The translations under genes and the position numbers were made by a program. A DNA stretch of 63,510 nt, the filler included, from Octopus bimaculoides (lineage: Eukaryota), in the NCBI RefSeq assembly GCF_001194135.2. It is 5 parts of 4 records of this genome, joined end to end, with 100 filler letters (N's around TTAATTAATTAA, not from the genome) between each part and the next. Parts side by side here need not be neighbours in the genome. Positions count along the whole stretch, not along the records: positions 1 to 30,153 come from NC_069000.1; 4 more parts are not named here. One strand, given 5' to 3'. Under the pieces are notes generated by a model that did no database searches, was not told the DNA's origin, and worked only from the letters and a program-made list of their open reading frames with translations. This document shows, one piece after another, positions 12,887-24,728 of this stretch (its first letter is position 1; each line of letters opens with the position of its first letter).

Positions 12887-13213
12887 AAAAAAAATCGTTT
12901 TATAAGCAGATATAAACGTGCACGCACACACAAACACACGCACATATATATCAACATATAAAATAACCAAATAAATCTCTACCACCGTTGCCATCATCAG
13001 TAGCCCCACATCCAGTCCATTGTTAAAAACTCTATTCCTCGTTTGAATACTGCTTCAAGGCTTTCAGTTATTCTTGTTTCTCAAAAACAGAACATATACA
13101 CAATCGCAAACAGAAATATACATACATATATGTGTGTATGTACATATACATACACTCATACATACATACTTACATACACACATACATACATATTTATGTA
13201 TAAACATATAACA

Positions 13214-13247
<34 letters not shown>

Positions 13248-13949
13248 NNNNNNNNNNNNNNNNNNNNNNNNNNNNNNNNNNNNNNNNNNNNNNNNNNNNN
13301 NNNNNNNNNNNNNNNNNNNNNNNNNNNNNNNNNNNNNNNNNNNNNNNNNNNNNNNNNNNNNNNNNNNNNNNNNNNNNNNNNNNNNNNNNNNNNNNNNNNN
13401 NNNNNNNNNNNNNNNNNNNNNNNNNNNNNNNNNNNNNNNNNNNNNNNNNNNNNNNNNNNNNNNNNNNNNNNNNNNNNNNNNNNNNNNNNNNNNNNNNNNN
13501 NNNNNNNNNNNNNNNNNNNNNNNNNNNNNNNNNNNNNNNNNNNNNNNNNNNNNNNNNNNNNNNNNNNNNNNNNNNNNNNNNNNNNNNNNNNNNNNNNNNN
13601 NNNNNNNNNNNNNNNNNNNNNNNNNNNNNNNNNNNNNNNNNNNNNNNNNNNNNNNNNNNNNNNNNNNNNNNNNNNNNNNNNNNNNNNNNNNNNNNNNNNN
13701 NNNNNNNNNNNNNNNNNNNNNNNNNNNNNNNNNNNNNNNNNNNNNNNNNNNNNNNNNNNNNNNNNNNNNNNNNNNNNNNTACATACATATTTATGTATAA
13801 ACATATAACATATATATATATATATATACATACACATAATTAGGGTGTGTGATGAAGGAGGTTCGTGGTCTCTCAAGTGACAGCACCTGTCACAAAATAA
13901 ATATTTAGAAAACATGTATTTTTAAATGAAACAACTAAGATATGGAAGA

Positions 13950-14125
13950 AAGATGATAATGATAATGATGATGATGACGATGAGGAGGAGGATGATGATG
14001 ATGATGACGATAACCACAACGACGACGATAATGGTGGTGATGGTGATGACGACGACGATGAGGAGGAGGATGAACACCAACAAAAGTAACGACAGCAACA
14101 AAAGTAACGACAGCAACCATAGCAG
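13950..14125. repeat. Mosaic (GAT)/(GAC)/(GAG)/(GGT) trinucleotide low-complexity tract
   Basis: Direct reading. Confidence 0.93.
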
Positions 14126-14489
14126 TACACAATATATTTGGAAATGATTTGCTTATATTTTAAAGTATCATAGTGGATTCCTTAGGTATGTCACATATTC
14201 GTGGTTTCCATAGATTTCAGTGGGTTGGGAACTAAAAAAAATCAGTTCCTCTTCACATCACTAAATGTGTTCTGTATATGAGGATTGGACTTGGTACTTT
14301 AACAGAAACCTGTGAATTCCTTGTCGATTCAGTGAAGCTCTCAATATATCGACTTACTTCCTCCCACCCACCGCCGAAATTGCTGGCCTTGTGCTAAAAT
14401 TTGAAGCCAATAAGTAAAGTAGTTGCTTGTTGGGGAGACTGGTGGAAGTGTATTATTGCCAGATTAGATGCGTAGCGTAATGGTTACAG

Positions 14490-14880
14490 CTGTTTGTGTG
14501 GAAGCGCAATGGCCCAGTGGTTAGGGCAGCGAACAGGCGATCAAAGGATAGCGGTTTCGATTCCCAGGCAGAGCCTTGTGAGTATTTATTGAGCGAAAAC
14601 ACATAAACTTCACGAGGCTCCGGCTGGAGGTGGTAGAGAACCCTGCTGTATTCTTTCACCACAACTTTCTCTCACTCTTTCTTCCTGTTTCTGTTGTACC
14701 TGTAATTCAAAGGGCCAGCCTTGTCACACTCTGTGTCACGCTGAATCTCCCCGGAAACTACGTTAAGGGTACACGTGTCTGTGGATTTCTCCGCCCCTTG
14801 CACCTTAATTTCACGAGCATGCTGTTCCGTTGAACGGTTCCATTGGAACCTTCGTCGTCGTAACCGACGGAGTGCCACTA
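14490..14880 (+). mobile_element. Near full-length tRNA-derived SINE (family C)
   Basis: A-box TGGCCCAGTGG and B-box-like GGTTTCGATTCC; 3' half shared with 62150-62332, ending GTCGTAA.CGACGGAGTGCCA. Confidence 0.85.
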
Positions 14881-16228
14881 CACTTTGAGTTCCAATGCTG
14901 ACGAGACGTAAGCGCATGAGATTTAAAATTGCTACACAAGGAGTGGTGTCTTGCCGTCGCCATGTTTACCAGGAAATGAGAATCTCTAGCGGAGTCCAGT
15001 TTGTTGTGAAGATGGAAAACCTCCCGTCCAAGGTTACCTCCCTCACTCTTTCCCTTTCCAAAATTCCCTGCCTGGGGCCATATTTTCTATCGTTCCCTCT
15101 TGGCTAACATAAAATTATAACTACATAAATAAGTATGGACAAAGACAGTAATACGAGCCATCGATCATGTTTTTGGATTTGTAGTTGCTAAGAGACGAGA
15201 TTCGTTCAACCATGTTTTAACAGCTTCTCCCCATATTGGGTAAACTGTCAATACTAGACAGACTTCGATGCTCAAAAAGTTACTACATGAGTGGTAGCCA
15301 TAAGCAGAAAGCCGGAGCAAATATTGAAACAAAGTTATTACAGTTAACACAGCCATGAAATCACGCAGAAACCATGTTTTAACGAATTAAAATGTTGTGG
15401 AATGAATCCTTCTCGAAATTTGCTGGTCCATTGTTTGACATCGGAAGTATAAATACCATTATCTACTTGAACGTTGATGGAATTCGATTTTGAAATTTTC
15501 CATAGGACAGAGATGGGGCAATATGTGTGTGTGTATGTGCAAATGTTTGAGTATATACNNNNNNNNNNNNNNNNNNNNNNNNNNNNNNNNNNNNNNNNNN
15601 NNNNNNNNNNNNNNNNNNNNNNNNNNNNNNNNNNNNNNNNNNNNNNNNNNNNNNNNNNNNNNNNNNNNNNNNNNNNNNNNNNNNNNNNNNNNNNNNNNNN
15701 NNNNNNNNNNNNNNNNNNNNNNNNNNNNNNNNNNNNNNNNNNNNNNNNNNNNNNNNNNNNNNNNNNNNNNNNNNNNNNNNNNNNNNNNNNNNNNNNNNNN
15801 NNNNNNNNNNNNNNNNNNNNNNNNNNNNNNNNNNNNNNNNNNNNNNNNNNNNNNNNNNNNNNNNNNNNNNNNNNNNNNNNNNNNNNNNNNNNNNNNNNNN
15901 NNNNNNNNNNNNNNNNNNNNNNNNNNNNNNNNNNNNNNNNNNNNNNNNNNNNNNNNNNNNNNNNNNNNNNNNNNNNNNNNNNNNNNNNNNNNNNNNNNNN
16001 NNNNNNNNNNNNNNNNNNNNNNNNNNNNNNNNNNNNNNNNNNNNNNNNNNNNNNNNNNNNNNNNNNNATATATATATATATATATATATACAAACATACA
16101 TACATAACCACACAGAAAGAGAAAGTGGGAAGGCAGGCAGTTAGATAGATAGATAGGTATATTGATAGACAGATATATTCACATGTGAGAATATACACAT
16201 ATGTGTGTGAGTGCGAATGATTGTGTGT

Positions 16229-16270
<42 letters not shown>

Positions 16271-16734
16271 TTATATGTGTCTATATAGGCATGACAATCT
16301 GCCATGTACACATATGAATACGGGTGTACATCTGTAAGTGGGTACTTATTTTGGTATTACAAATTATAAGACACTGGTTGAAATAATATCTCGTTAAGTC
16401 AAGTTATATTATACAATATAATTTTATCTAATACGATATCATAACATTTATGGTGACATGTATTAGTGGCTTAAATGAATAAAAAAAAATTGAACATAGA
16501 TAAACAGAAGATATAAGTAGCGAAGCTATACGAGACGAGGAGTCAAGCTAAATTAAGCACTAAATTTGTTTTGATTCCCTAAATGTTTCGGAGAATCAAT
16601 TGATTTCAATCTGATTCAGCGATAACATTTAATCTAATCATTTACGTGAGCTTCAAGTCATTTTGATATATTGCAACTCACATCTACTTATATACGGATA
16701 TACATAGATACACACACACACACACACACGTACA

Positions 16735-16786
<52 letters not shown>

Positions 16787-17325
16787 NNNNNNNNNNNNNN
16801 NNNNNNNNNNNNNNNNNNNNNNNNNNNNNNNNNNNNNNNNNNNNNNNNNNNNNNNNNNNNNNNNNNNNNNNNNNNNNNNNNNNNNNNNNNNNNNNNNNNN
16901 NNNNNNNNNNNNNNNNNNNNNNNNNNNNNNNNNNNNNNNNNNNNNNNNNNNNNNNNNNNNNNNNNNNNNNNNNNNNNNNNNNNNNNNNNNNNNNNNNNNN
17001 NNNNNNNNNNNNNNNNNNNNNNNNNNNNNNNNNNNNNNNNNNNNNNNNNNNNNNNNNNNNNNNNNNNNNNNNNNNNNNNNNNNNNNNNNNNNNNNNNNNN
17101 NNNNNNNNNNNNNNNNNNNNNNNNNNNNNNNNNNNNNNNNNNNNNNNNNNNNNNNNNNNNNNNNNNNNNNNNNNNNNNNNNNNNNNNNNNNNNNNNNNNN
17201 NNNNNNNNNNNNNNNNNNNNNNNNNNNNNNNNNNNNNNNNNNNNNNNNNNNNNNNNNNNNNNNNNNNNNNNNNNNNNNNNNNNNNNNNNNNNNNNNNNNN
17301 NNNNNNNNNNNNNNNNNNNNNNNNN

Positions 17326-17360
<35 letters not shown>

Positions 17361-17394
17361 ACATACGTATTTGTGTGTGAGTATGCGCGCGTGC

Positions 17395-17436
<42 letters not shown>

Positions 17437-18099
17437 ACAATCACCTATAGGCATCATAGTAGTTGCTCACACAAATATACACTGTCACGCAAACACCTAC
17501 AACATGCTCACATAGTCATATCATACATATAAAAGAACTTCAAGTAAAATGAGTAAATGGATCCTCCACCCGTTTTAACATAAGTGCTATTATTATTTCT
17601 GCCACTGAATTATTTGCCCCTTGCAGTAGAGTGTAAGCGTGGGAGTGTTTTTCTAATTTTGTGCAGCCTGAACACAGTTTTCATGCAGGAACAACTCCTT
17701 ACAATGAGAGACAATACTGAACGTTTGGATTACATATTTTCCAAATGACATTCTTCTCACACGGCTTCTCACACGATTCCTCATTTCATTCACATAAGTG
17801 TCAGCGTTTGTAAAAAGATTCCTTCCCGAAGTAGCTCGCTGTGGGATCTAACTTGAGCCTTCCTGACTGAGCCTTATGAACTTCTTTAGCATTTAACCTT
17901 TCTTCGCTCATACACATACATCTTATTCATTCTTACGTGTCTCACAAAACTTTCTTATATTTCTCGTGTTTAGTTGTTGGAGAAAAAAAAAGTTCTTTCC
18001 GCTTGTTAGGAAAAAAATCGTCTGCCGGAAGATTTTCCGAAGGAAAGATATCAATATCTCACTGCTTGCTGGCATATTTCTGCCAGTGACAAATTACTG

Positions 18100-18285
18100 A
18101 CGTAATATTGGTTTCGAATTTTGGTGCAAGACTAGCAAGTTGAGTGGAAAAGGTTCAGTCGATTTTATCGACTCCGAAAGGATGAAAGGCAAAATCGACC
18201 TTGATGAAATTTGAACTCAGAAAGTAAAGACGAACGAAACGTCGCTAAGCATTTTGCCCGGTGTGCTAAGGATTATCAGCTACCC
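18100..18285 (-). mobile_element. SINE family A copy
   Basis: GAAAGGATGAAAGGCAAA.TCGACCT...ATTTGAACTCAGAA...GCTAAGCATTTTGCCCGGTGTGCTAA. Confidence 0.85.
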
Positions 18286-19131
18286 TACTAAGCTTGACGT
18301 AATATTAATAGTTTCATATAAGTGTACGTAAGTAGATATAGTTGCATGTACGTGTATATATATATATATATATATATNNNNNNNNNNNNNNNNNNNNNNN
18401 NNNNNNNNNNNNNNNNNNNNNNNNNNNNNNNNNNNNNNNNNNNNNNNNNNNNNNNNNNNNNNNNNNNNNNNNNNNNNNNNNNNNNNNNNNNNNNNNNNNN
18501 NNNNNNNNNNNNNNNNNNNNNNNNNNNNNNNNNNNNNNNNNNNNNNNNNNNNNNNNNNNNNNNNNNNNNNNNNNNNNNNNNNNNNNNNNNNNNNNNNNNN
18601 NNNNNNNNNNNNNNNNNNNNNNNNNNNNNNNNNNNNNNNNNNNNNNNNNNNNNNNNNNNNNNNNNNNNNNNNNNNNNNNNNNNNNNNNNNNNNNNNNNNN
18701 NNNNNNNNNNNNNNNNNNNNNNNNNNNNNNNNNNNNNNNNNNNNNNNNNNNNNNNNNNNNNNNNNNNNNNNNNNNNNNNNNNNNNNNNNNNNNNNNNNNN
18801 NNNNNNNNNNNNNNNNNNNNNNNNNNNNNNNNNNNNNNNNNNNNNNNNNNNNNNNNNNNNNNNNNNNNNNNNNNNNNNNNNNNNNNNNNNNNNNNNNNNN
18901 NNNNNNNNNNNNNNNNNNNNNNNNNNNNNNNNNNNNNNNNNNNNNNNNNNNNNNNNNNNNNNNNNNNNNNNNNNNNNNNNNNNNNNNNNNNNNNNNNNNN
19001 NNNNNNNNNNNNNNNNNNNNNNNNNNNNNNNNNNNNNNNNNNNNNNNNNNNNNNNNNNNNNNNNNNNNNNNNNNNNNNNNNNNNNNNNNNNNNNNNNNNN
19101 NNNNNNNNNNNNNNNNNNNNNNNNNNNNNNN

Positions 19132-19194
<63 letters not shown>

Positions 19195-20329
19195 TTTTTC
19201 TCTTTCTCTCTCATACACACACACACACGCACAGAAAAGAAAACTTTGATACGAATATCACTGGGGGTGGGCAATGGAATCGCGTTTCCACCAACAAAAT
19301 TGCGATTCAATTTCCATTAGCAGTTTTGATGTTTGTTTACAAGTCTCAAATAGGTGAGACAAACAAGCACAATCATGTGTGTCTGAGTGGTATGCTTTCT
19401 GTGTATTTACTACTTCATCTATTTATGTTCAATAAAATAAATACCTGTTTGTACTGCAGTTGATACATTCCACTCTGTCTGCAGAGACTGTTCATAGGCA
19501 ACATCAAACTCCAGTCATTAAAAATAGTAAAATTATACAAATATCGTATTTATATGCAGACATAAACATCCTATAGTGTTTATATACCCTCGAGAATGAG
19601 TTGAAGTGCCGAATAATGGCACTAGAGAATACATTTTTGCCAAAGGATAATTAAGGCTAAAAAAAAACAATAATTTAGTCGCGAAAATTTATTGGACACT
19701 AATACAGAATTAAACATTAGTTCAATTTTTTTTTTGGCATCAGAATATACATCTTCAGAATATTCAAGTGTTCTCAAAAAGTGTAAGTTCCCGTGGCTGA
19801 TTCATATTTCAAATAGACAACGTTAACCAGTAAGGTTAAATAAATAAAAAATTACATAAATATACTCTTTTATGCCTTCAAATGTTTGTCAATACACGCA
19901 CAAAATTTTTTTTTTAAAGAACACGCAAACACTCGCACAAATACACACACACATACACATATATAGATACGTATACACAAACACCATGTTCGCACACAAT
20001 GCACACGCATGCATTTGTGCGCATTGCGTATATATACATATGCACGGGTGTGTGTGTTTGAGTGTGTGTATGTGTGAGTATGTACATATACATGAATGTA
20101 TGCATGTATATCATTTAATTTTATTTTTAGGTTTCTTGCCAATCAAGAAAAATTCGTTTCTAATCTCGATCTAAGAATCCTTCAATGGATTGTTAACATC
20201 ATCAACAGGATAGTTATGAATGCATGTGTGTATATGTGCAAGTATTTGGAGTCATTGCATGCGTAGATCTGTATGTTTTGTTTTTTTCTATATTCATGCA
20301 TATAGTTGCATGTCTAGAAATGTGCATAT

Positions 20330-20770
20330 GCAATTATAGGAGAGACTTTTGTAAATTCTTACATATTTTGACAGTTCGAGCGATGATTGGTCTCTGCGGT
20401 CTTCAAAGGAGCTTTCTACTTTCTGGGTTTGAGAATCCTAATTTCTCAGCATTTGAGTCAATGCAGTTTATTACAAATCCCAGTGCACCAATAGTTATGA
20501 GTATAAATATGAACCTGCAATCCGAGTGCAGAAGTTCAGCAAAGTTGTTTTCTTTTACGCTGATCTTTAGCTTATGTTGCTATCCACTGAACCGCTGATT
20601 TCCATTACTGTATATAGATTGTATTTGTCCTAAATTTTTCACCAGGACACCCAACAATACCCTTTCATATTATGAGTGGTTATAGTGTCTACCCCACTGA
20701 AGGTTCTTATATGTTTGGTCTCAAGATTATCTCTCTGACGGATCTTATGGTATCACGACATCCTCCTTCA
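20330..20770 (-). pseudogene. RLE-type LINE (R4/Dong-like) endonuclease-region remnant, frameshifted
   Basis: Manual minus-strand translation across frames gives YHKIRQRDNLETK...TITTHNMKGYCW, DKYNLYTVMEISGSVDSNI and KLKISVKEN...FILITIGALGFVINC...LGFSNPESRKLL*...ARTVKICK. These resemble the EISCPxD and KE-Y / VGALG motifs of RLE LINEs. Confidence 0.7.
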
Positions 20771-20810
20771 TCGGTGGATAATATCACGGTGACGTTTTCG
20801 GACAACGGCT

Positions 20811-20959
20811 GATGATGCGGGTGATGTCATCGGTATTAACTTTAAAGAGTAAGCGCTTGTAGTCCAGGAAAAAGCAATAGCAACCTAATTCCTGAAACAC
20901 AAGCGTAACAGGAAGAACACCGATGCTGAGTTAATACCGATGACCTCATCCGCATCATC
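20811..20959. repeat. 31-bp inverted repeat (20811-20841 / 20929-20959)
   Basis: GATGATGCGGGTGATGTCATCGGTATTAACT versus the reverse complement of the right arm GATGATGCGGATGAGGTCATCGGTATTAACT: 2 mismatches. Confidence 0.92.
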
Positions 20960-21245
20960 TCTTTCCATTCGCAAGTTTCCCATATAGCATCTGCTTAGGG
21001 ATCCTGCTATCCTTAATTCTAATAAGGTGTCCAGTCCAACGTAACCAGTACTTGTGCACCATCCCCTCAGTACTCAAGATATCAACAGTCCTCAAAACCT
21101 GTGTGTTTGGAGTTTTTAATGTCCAGCCAACATTTAGAATGTGTCTGAGACATCTCAGATGAAATCGTTTAAGGAACCTTACATGGTGTTTGTAGAGTAA
21201 AGGCCTGTGATATATAGGAGTAAAGGCCTGTGATATATAGGAGAC
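20960..21245 (-). pseudogene. RTE-clade LINE ORF C-terminal fragment
   Basis: LKRFHLRCLRHILNVGW...NTQVL...LRWTGHLIRIKDSRIPKQMLYGKLANGKR is a classic RTE C-terminus. A 23-bp tandem duplication sits at 21195-21240. Confidence 0.9.
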
Positions 21246-21479
21246 TGACTGGGAAAGCAATGCCTGTCATCGCCACATATAGAGGAAGCAAACTAAGGAG
21301 ATTTTTGAGAGAGAGCACGTATTCCGCATGAAGAACTTAAGCCTGTTGCTCGAAAGCGCACTGCTGGTGTAGTGAATGTGGAAAGCTTGGTTTGCAATGT
21401 TTGCAGTCATGTATGCTTCAAAAGCGGGGCTCATTAGCCACAAACGGAGACGCAAATGCAAAATATAAGTTAGTCCTAG

Positions 21480-22293
21480 AGCGCACAATGTTCCTGATGT
21501 GTTATATCAAGTATTTTAACCATATAACGTGCCTCATTATATTCGGAATTGAAATACGTAATGAACTTACTCTCTCATACAATATTATCTCTCATAACTC
21601 CCTATCATAAAAATATTTGAAACTTAGTAATTTTTTCAGATATTAATTAAATTTGTCGGACCTATTTTCATGCCATCTGCGGCCGGAGCTATGGAAACTA
21701 AGCGCACTCCCACTTCATGAAAATAGATTCGGCCTGTTTTATTATTACCTCAAAAAAAAAAGAAAGAAATACTAAATTTCAAACATCTTTATGGTCAAAT
21801 ACGTTTAGAGCAATTCCAAACTATAAAAATCGCACTTTAAAATAGTGTTTAGCGACAGTGGTATAATTTTCCTTCAAACTACGAACAGAAGTTTAGATAA
21901 GTACCAGCTACTACAAATAATTGCACCATCAAATTCTTTGAATTAAGTGGCGGGAGAAGAATTATGGTTGAACTTTTAAAAGGTAAGTTTATTCTTGCCT
22001 ACGGCCAGTGATATGCTGGTTGTTCAAGGGAATGGAAAAAAGCTATCTCTACTAACCCCGAATGGGAAGACAAAAAATGTTGTTTATCATCCAGCTTTGC
22101 GATAAGTTCGAAGTCGACAAATTATATCATTGTTTTGATGAAAATTGTTCATTGCCTGAAAAATATTGTTCACGTTCTATAAAATTTAGTATGTACTCAA
22201 TGTACGAAGTGTCATTGTTTGGCCCTAGGCCCAATAAGTAGCCTTCCACAGGAATCAGCTGAAAAGTCGCCCGACAGGGCGACTTTTAAGCTA

Positions 22294-22295
<2 letters not shown>
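21480..22295 (+). mobile_element. Non-autonomous Helitron, 3' terminus at 22294 (5' limit uncertain)
   Basis: Perfect 11-bp hairpin AAAAGTCGCCC-GACA-GGGCGACTTTT (22262-22287) followed by AAG CTAG|T. Confidence 0.75.
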
Positions 22296-22331
<36 letters not shown>

Positions 22332-23399
22332 NNNNNNNNNNNNNNNNNNNNNNNNNNNNNNNNNNNNNNNNNNNNNNNNNNNNNNNNNNNNNNNNNNNNN
22401 NNNNNNNNNNNNNNNNNNNNNNNNNNNNNNNNNNNNNNNNNNNNNNNNNNNNNNNNNNNNNNNNNNNNNNNNNNNNNNNNNNNNNNNNNNNNNNNNNNNN
22501 NNNNNNNNNNNNNNNNNNNNNNNNNNNNNNNNNNNNNNNNNNNNNNNNNNNNNNNNNNNNNNNNNNNNNNNNNNNNNNNNNNNNNNNNNNNNNNNNNNNN
22601 NNNNNNNNNNNNNNNNNNNNNNNNNNNNNNNNNNNNNNNNNNNNNNNNNNNNNNNNNNNNNNNNNNNNNNNNNNNNNNNNNNNNNNNNNNNNNNNNNNNN
22701 NNNNNNNNNNNNNNNNNNNNNNNNNNNNNNNNNNNNNNNNNNNNNNNNNNNNNNNNNNNNNNNNNNNNNNNNNNNNNNNNNNNNNNNNNNNNNNNNNNNN
22801 NNNNNNNNNNNNNNNNNNNNNNNNNNNNNNNNNNNNNNNNNNNNNNNNNNNNNNNNNNNNNNNNNNNNNNNNNNNNNNNNNNNNNNNNNNNNNNNNNNNN
22901 NNNNNNNNNNNNNNNNNNNNNNNNNNNNNNNNNNNNNNNNNNNNNNNNNNNNNNNNNNNNNNNNNNNNNNNNNNNNNNNNNNNNNNNNNNNNNNNNNNNN
23001 NNNNNNNNNNNNNNNNNNNNNNNNNNNNNNNNNNNATATATATACATATATATATATACTTACATATATCCATTCATACATACATGTATATATATATTGT
23101 GTATATACATTGTATGTGCATATGCATACATACATTGTGCTACGTTAAGTCTTGTAGATAGAATTATTTCTCTACTAACCAGAATTCATGCATATTACAC
23201 TGTACCAAAAAAAGTAAATTATATTATTACAGATCTGAAAGCCATTTTCTTTTCCTCGTTTTTTCATGAGCATTATTACAAACACACATACATAACCCCA
23301 ACACACACACACACAGATACACGCACACACACGCATACAAATACACACGCTCGCACACAAACACGTACACACACACTCACGCAAACACACATACACATG

Positions 23400-23451
<52 letters not shown>

Positions 23452-24074
23452 TTCAAGGATTTATCAATCAACGTTATATTTTATATTACAAAAACAAATA
23501 TACGAGCATTGTTCATCTTTGCTGAAAGGTCATGTGTGTGGCTTTTTGATTTCTATTTTATTAATTTCTTTTATATATTTTATTGTGGGTGATGTTCGGA
23601 GTTTTCATTTTGTTGACATTTACAACACACAAGAGTCTCCATATTTTTTTCGTTATTTGTTTTTTTCAGATATTGGTTACTAAGATTAGATACCGAATAG
23701 ACGTAGTACTTGATTACCGATTATTTTATGTTTCAAAATTGAGAATGTCAATCGAACTTCATAAATCAAATATTACCACACACACACGTACGCACGCACA
23801 CATGCCACACACACGCGCGCGCAAATGCTTCTATGTATGCATATATTTCTTTTCAGTGGAAAGTGCAGACATTTCAGATGTGTCTTTGTTTTGCGTTTTA
23901 CTGATTTACAACATGGAGAAGTCGTAAAGTGTAAAGCAGTGAGATAAAACTTTTCGAAGTTTTAGGTCAAAATGTATTTCATCATAGTATCCTGCTATCC
24001 CCTATTGAATCCTCACTTCTCTCGATCTCTCAAATAGGCTACATCTCTCTAAGTCAATGTTTGTGTGTGCGTAA

Positions 24075-24105
<31 letters not shown>

Positions 24106-24252
24106 CATACATACATACATATATATATGTTTCTATCCTATTAGCCGTTTGTTATTTTATCGTCTATTTCTGCACATGTTTTTTTTTGTCGATTCCGCTT
24201 GTTATGTTCTCTTTGTCCTACCTTTGATTTATATATATATATCAAAACAAAT

Positions 24253-24623
24253 AACAAGGATATTCAGAGGTAATGCAGTACTATCGTTTCAAGCAACTCG
24301 ATTTAATTGAACAATGCAGTCATTACATCAATTTAAATGCAGAGCAATCCTCAGCTGCATAAACACATAGAATTTAATTAAATTAAAACAGATGGACAGA
24401 TTAGTATAATTTTACCTAAAATCTCCAAGGTAAGGAGATAGAGAAAGAACATCCTGTCTTCACTTAAGCTTAGAAGCTACTCTAATATTTTCATTTAATT
24501 AAATTCTATGTATTTATGCAGCTGAGGATTGCTCTGCATTTAAATTGATGTAATGATTGCATTGTTCAATTAAATGGAGTTGCTTGAAACGCTTGTACTG
24601 CATTACCTCTGGATATCGTTGTT
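24253..24623. mobile_element. Foldback/MITE with 131-bp terminal inverted repeats
   Basis: Arms 24253-24383 and 24493-24623, 7 mismatches counted by eye; 109-bp spacer. Confidence 0.9.
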
Positions 24624-24728
24624 GGTTATTTTGGTTTTATTCACCTTATTTTGTAATTGTATGGATAATACCGTGCTAAATTCTGGTGCCTCAACTTAAG
24701 TATCATATTCATCTGAATCTAAATATAT

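Noticed and set aside
14490-14570. tRNA genes (also 160-250, 28780-28853, 52085-52130, 58710-58800, 62025-62065)
   Set aside because: A/B boxes are present but I see no complete cloverleaf, and each continues into a SINE body or is a truncated head; these are SINE heads.
19484-19530. RLFIGNI after a CAG acceptor, resembling RRM RNP2
   Set aside because: The following residues (KLQSLKIVK) do not fit an RRM; probably a chance 7-mer.
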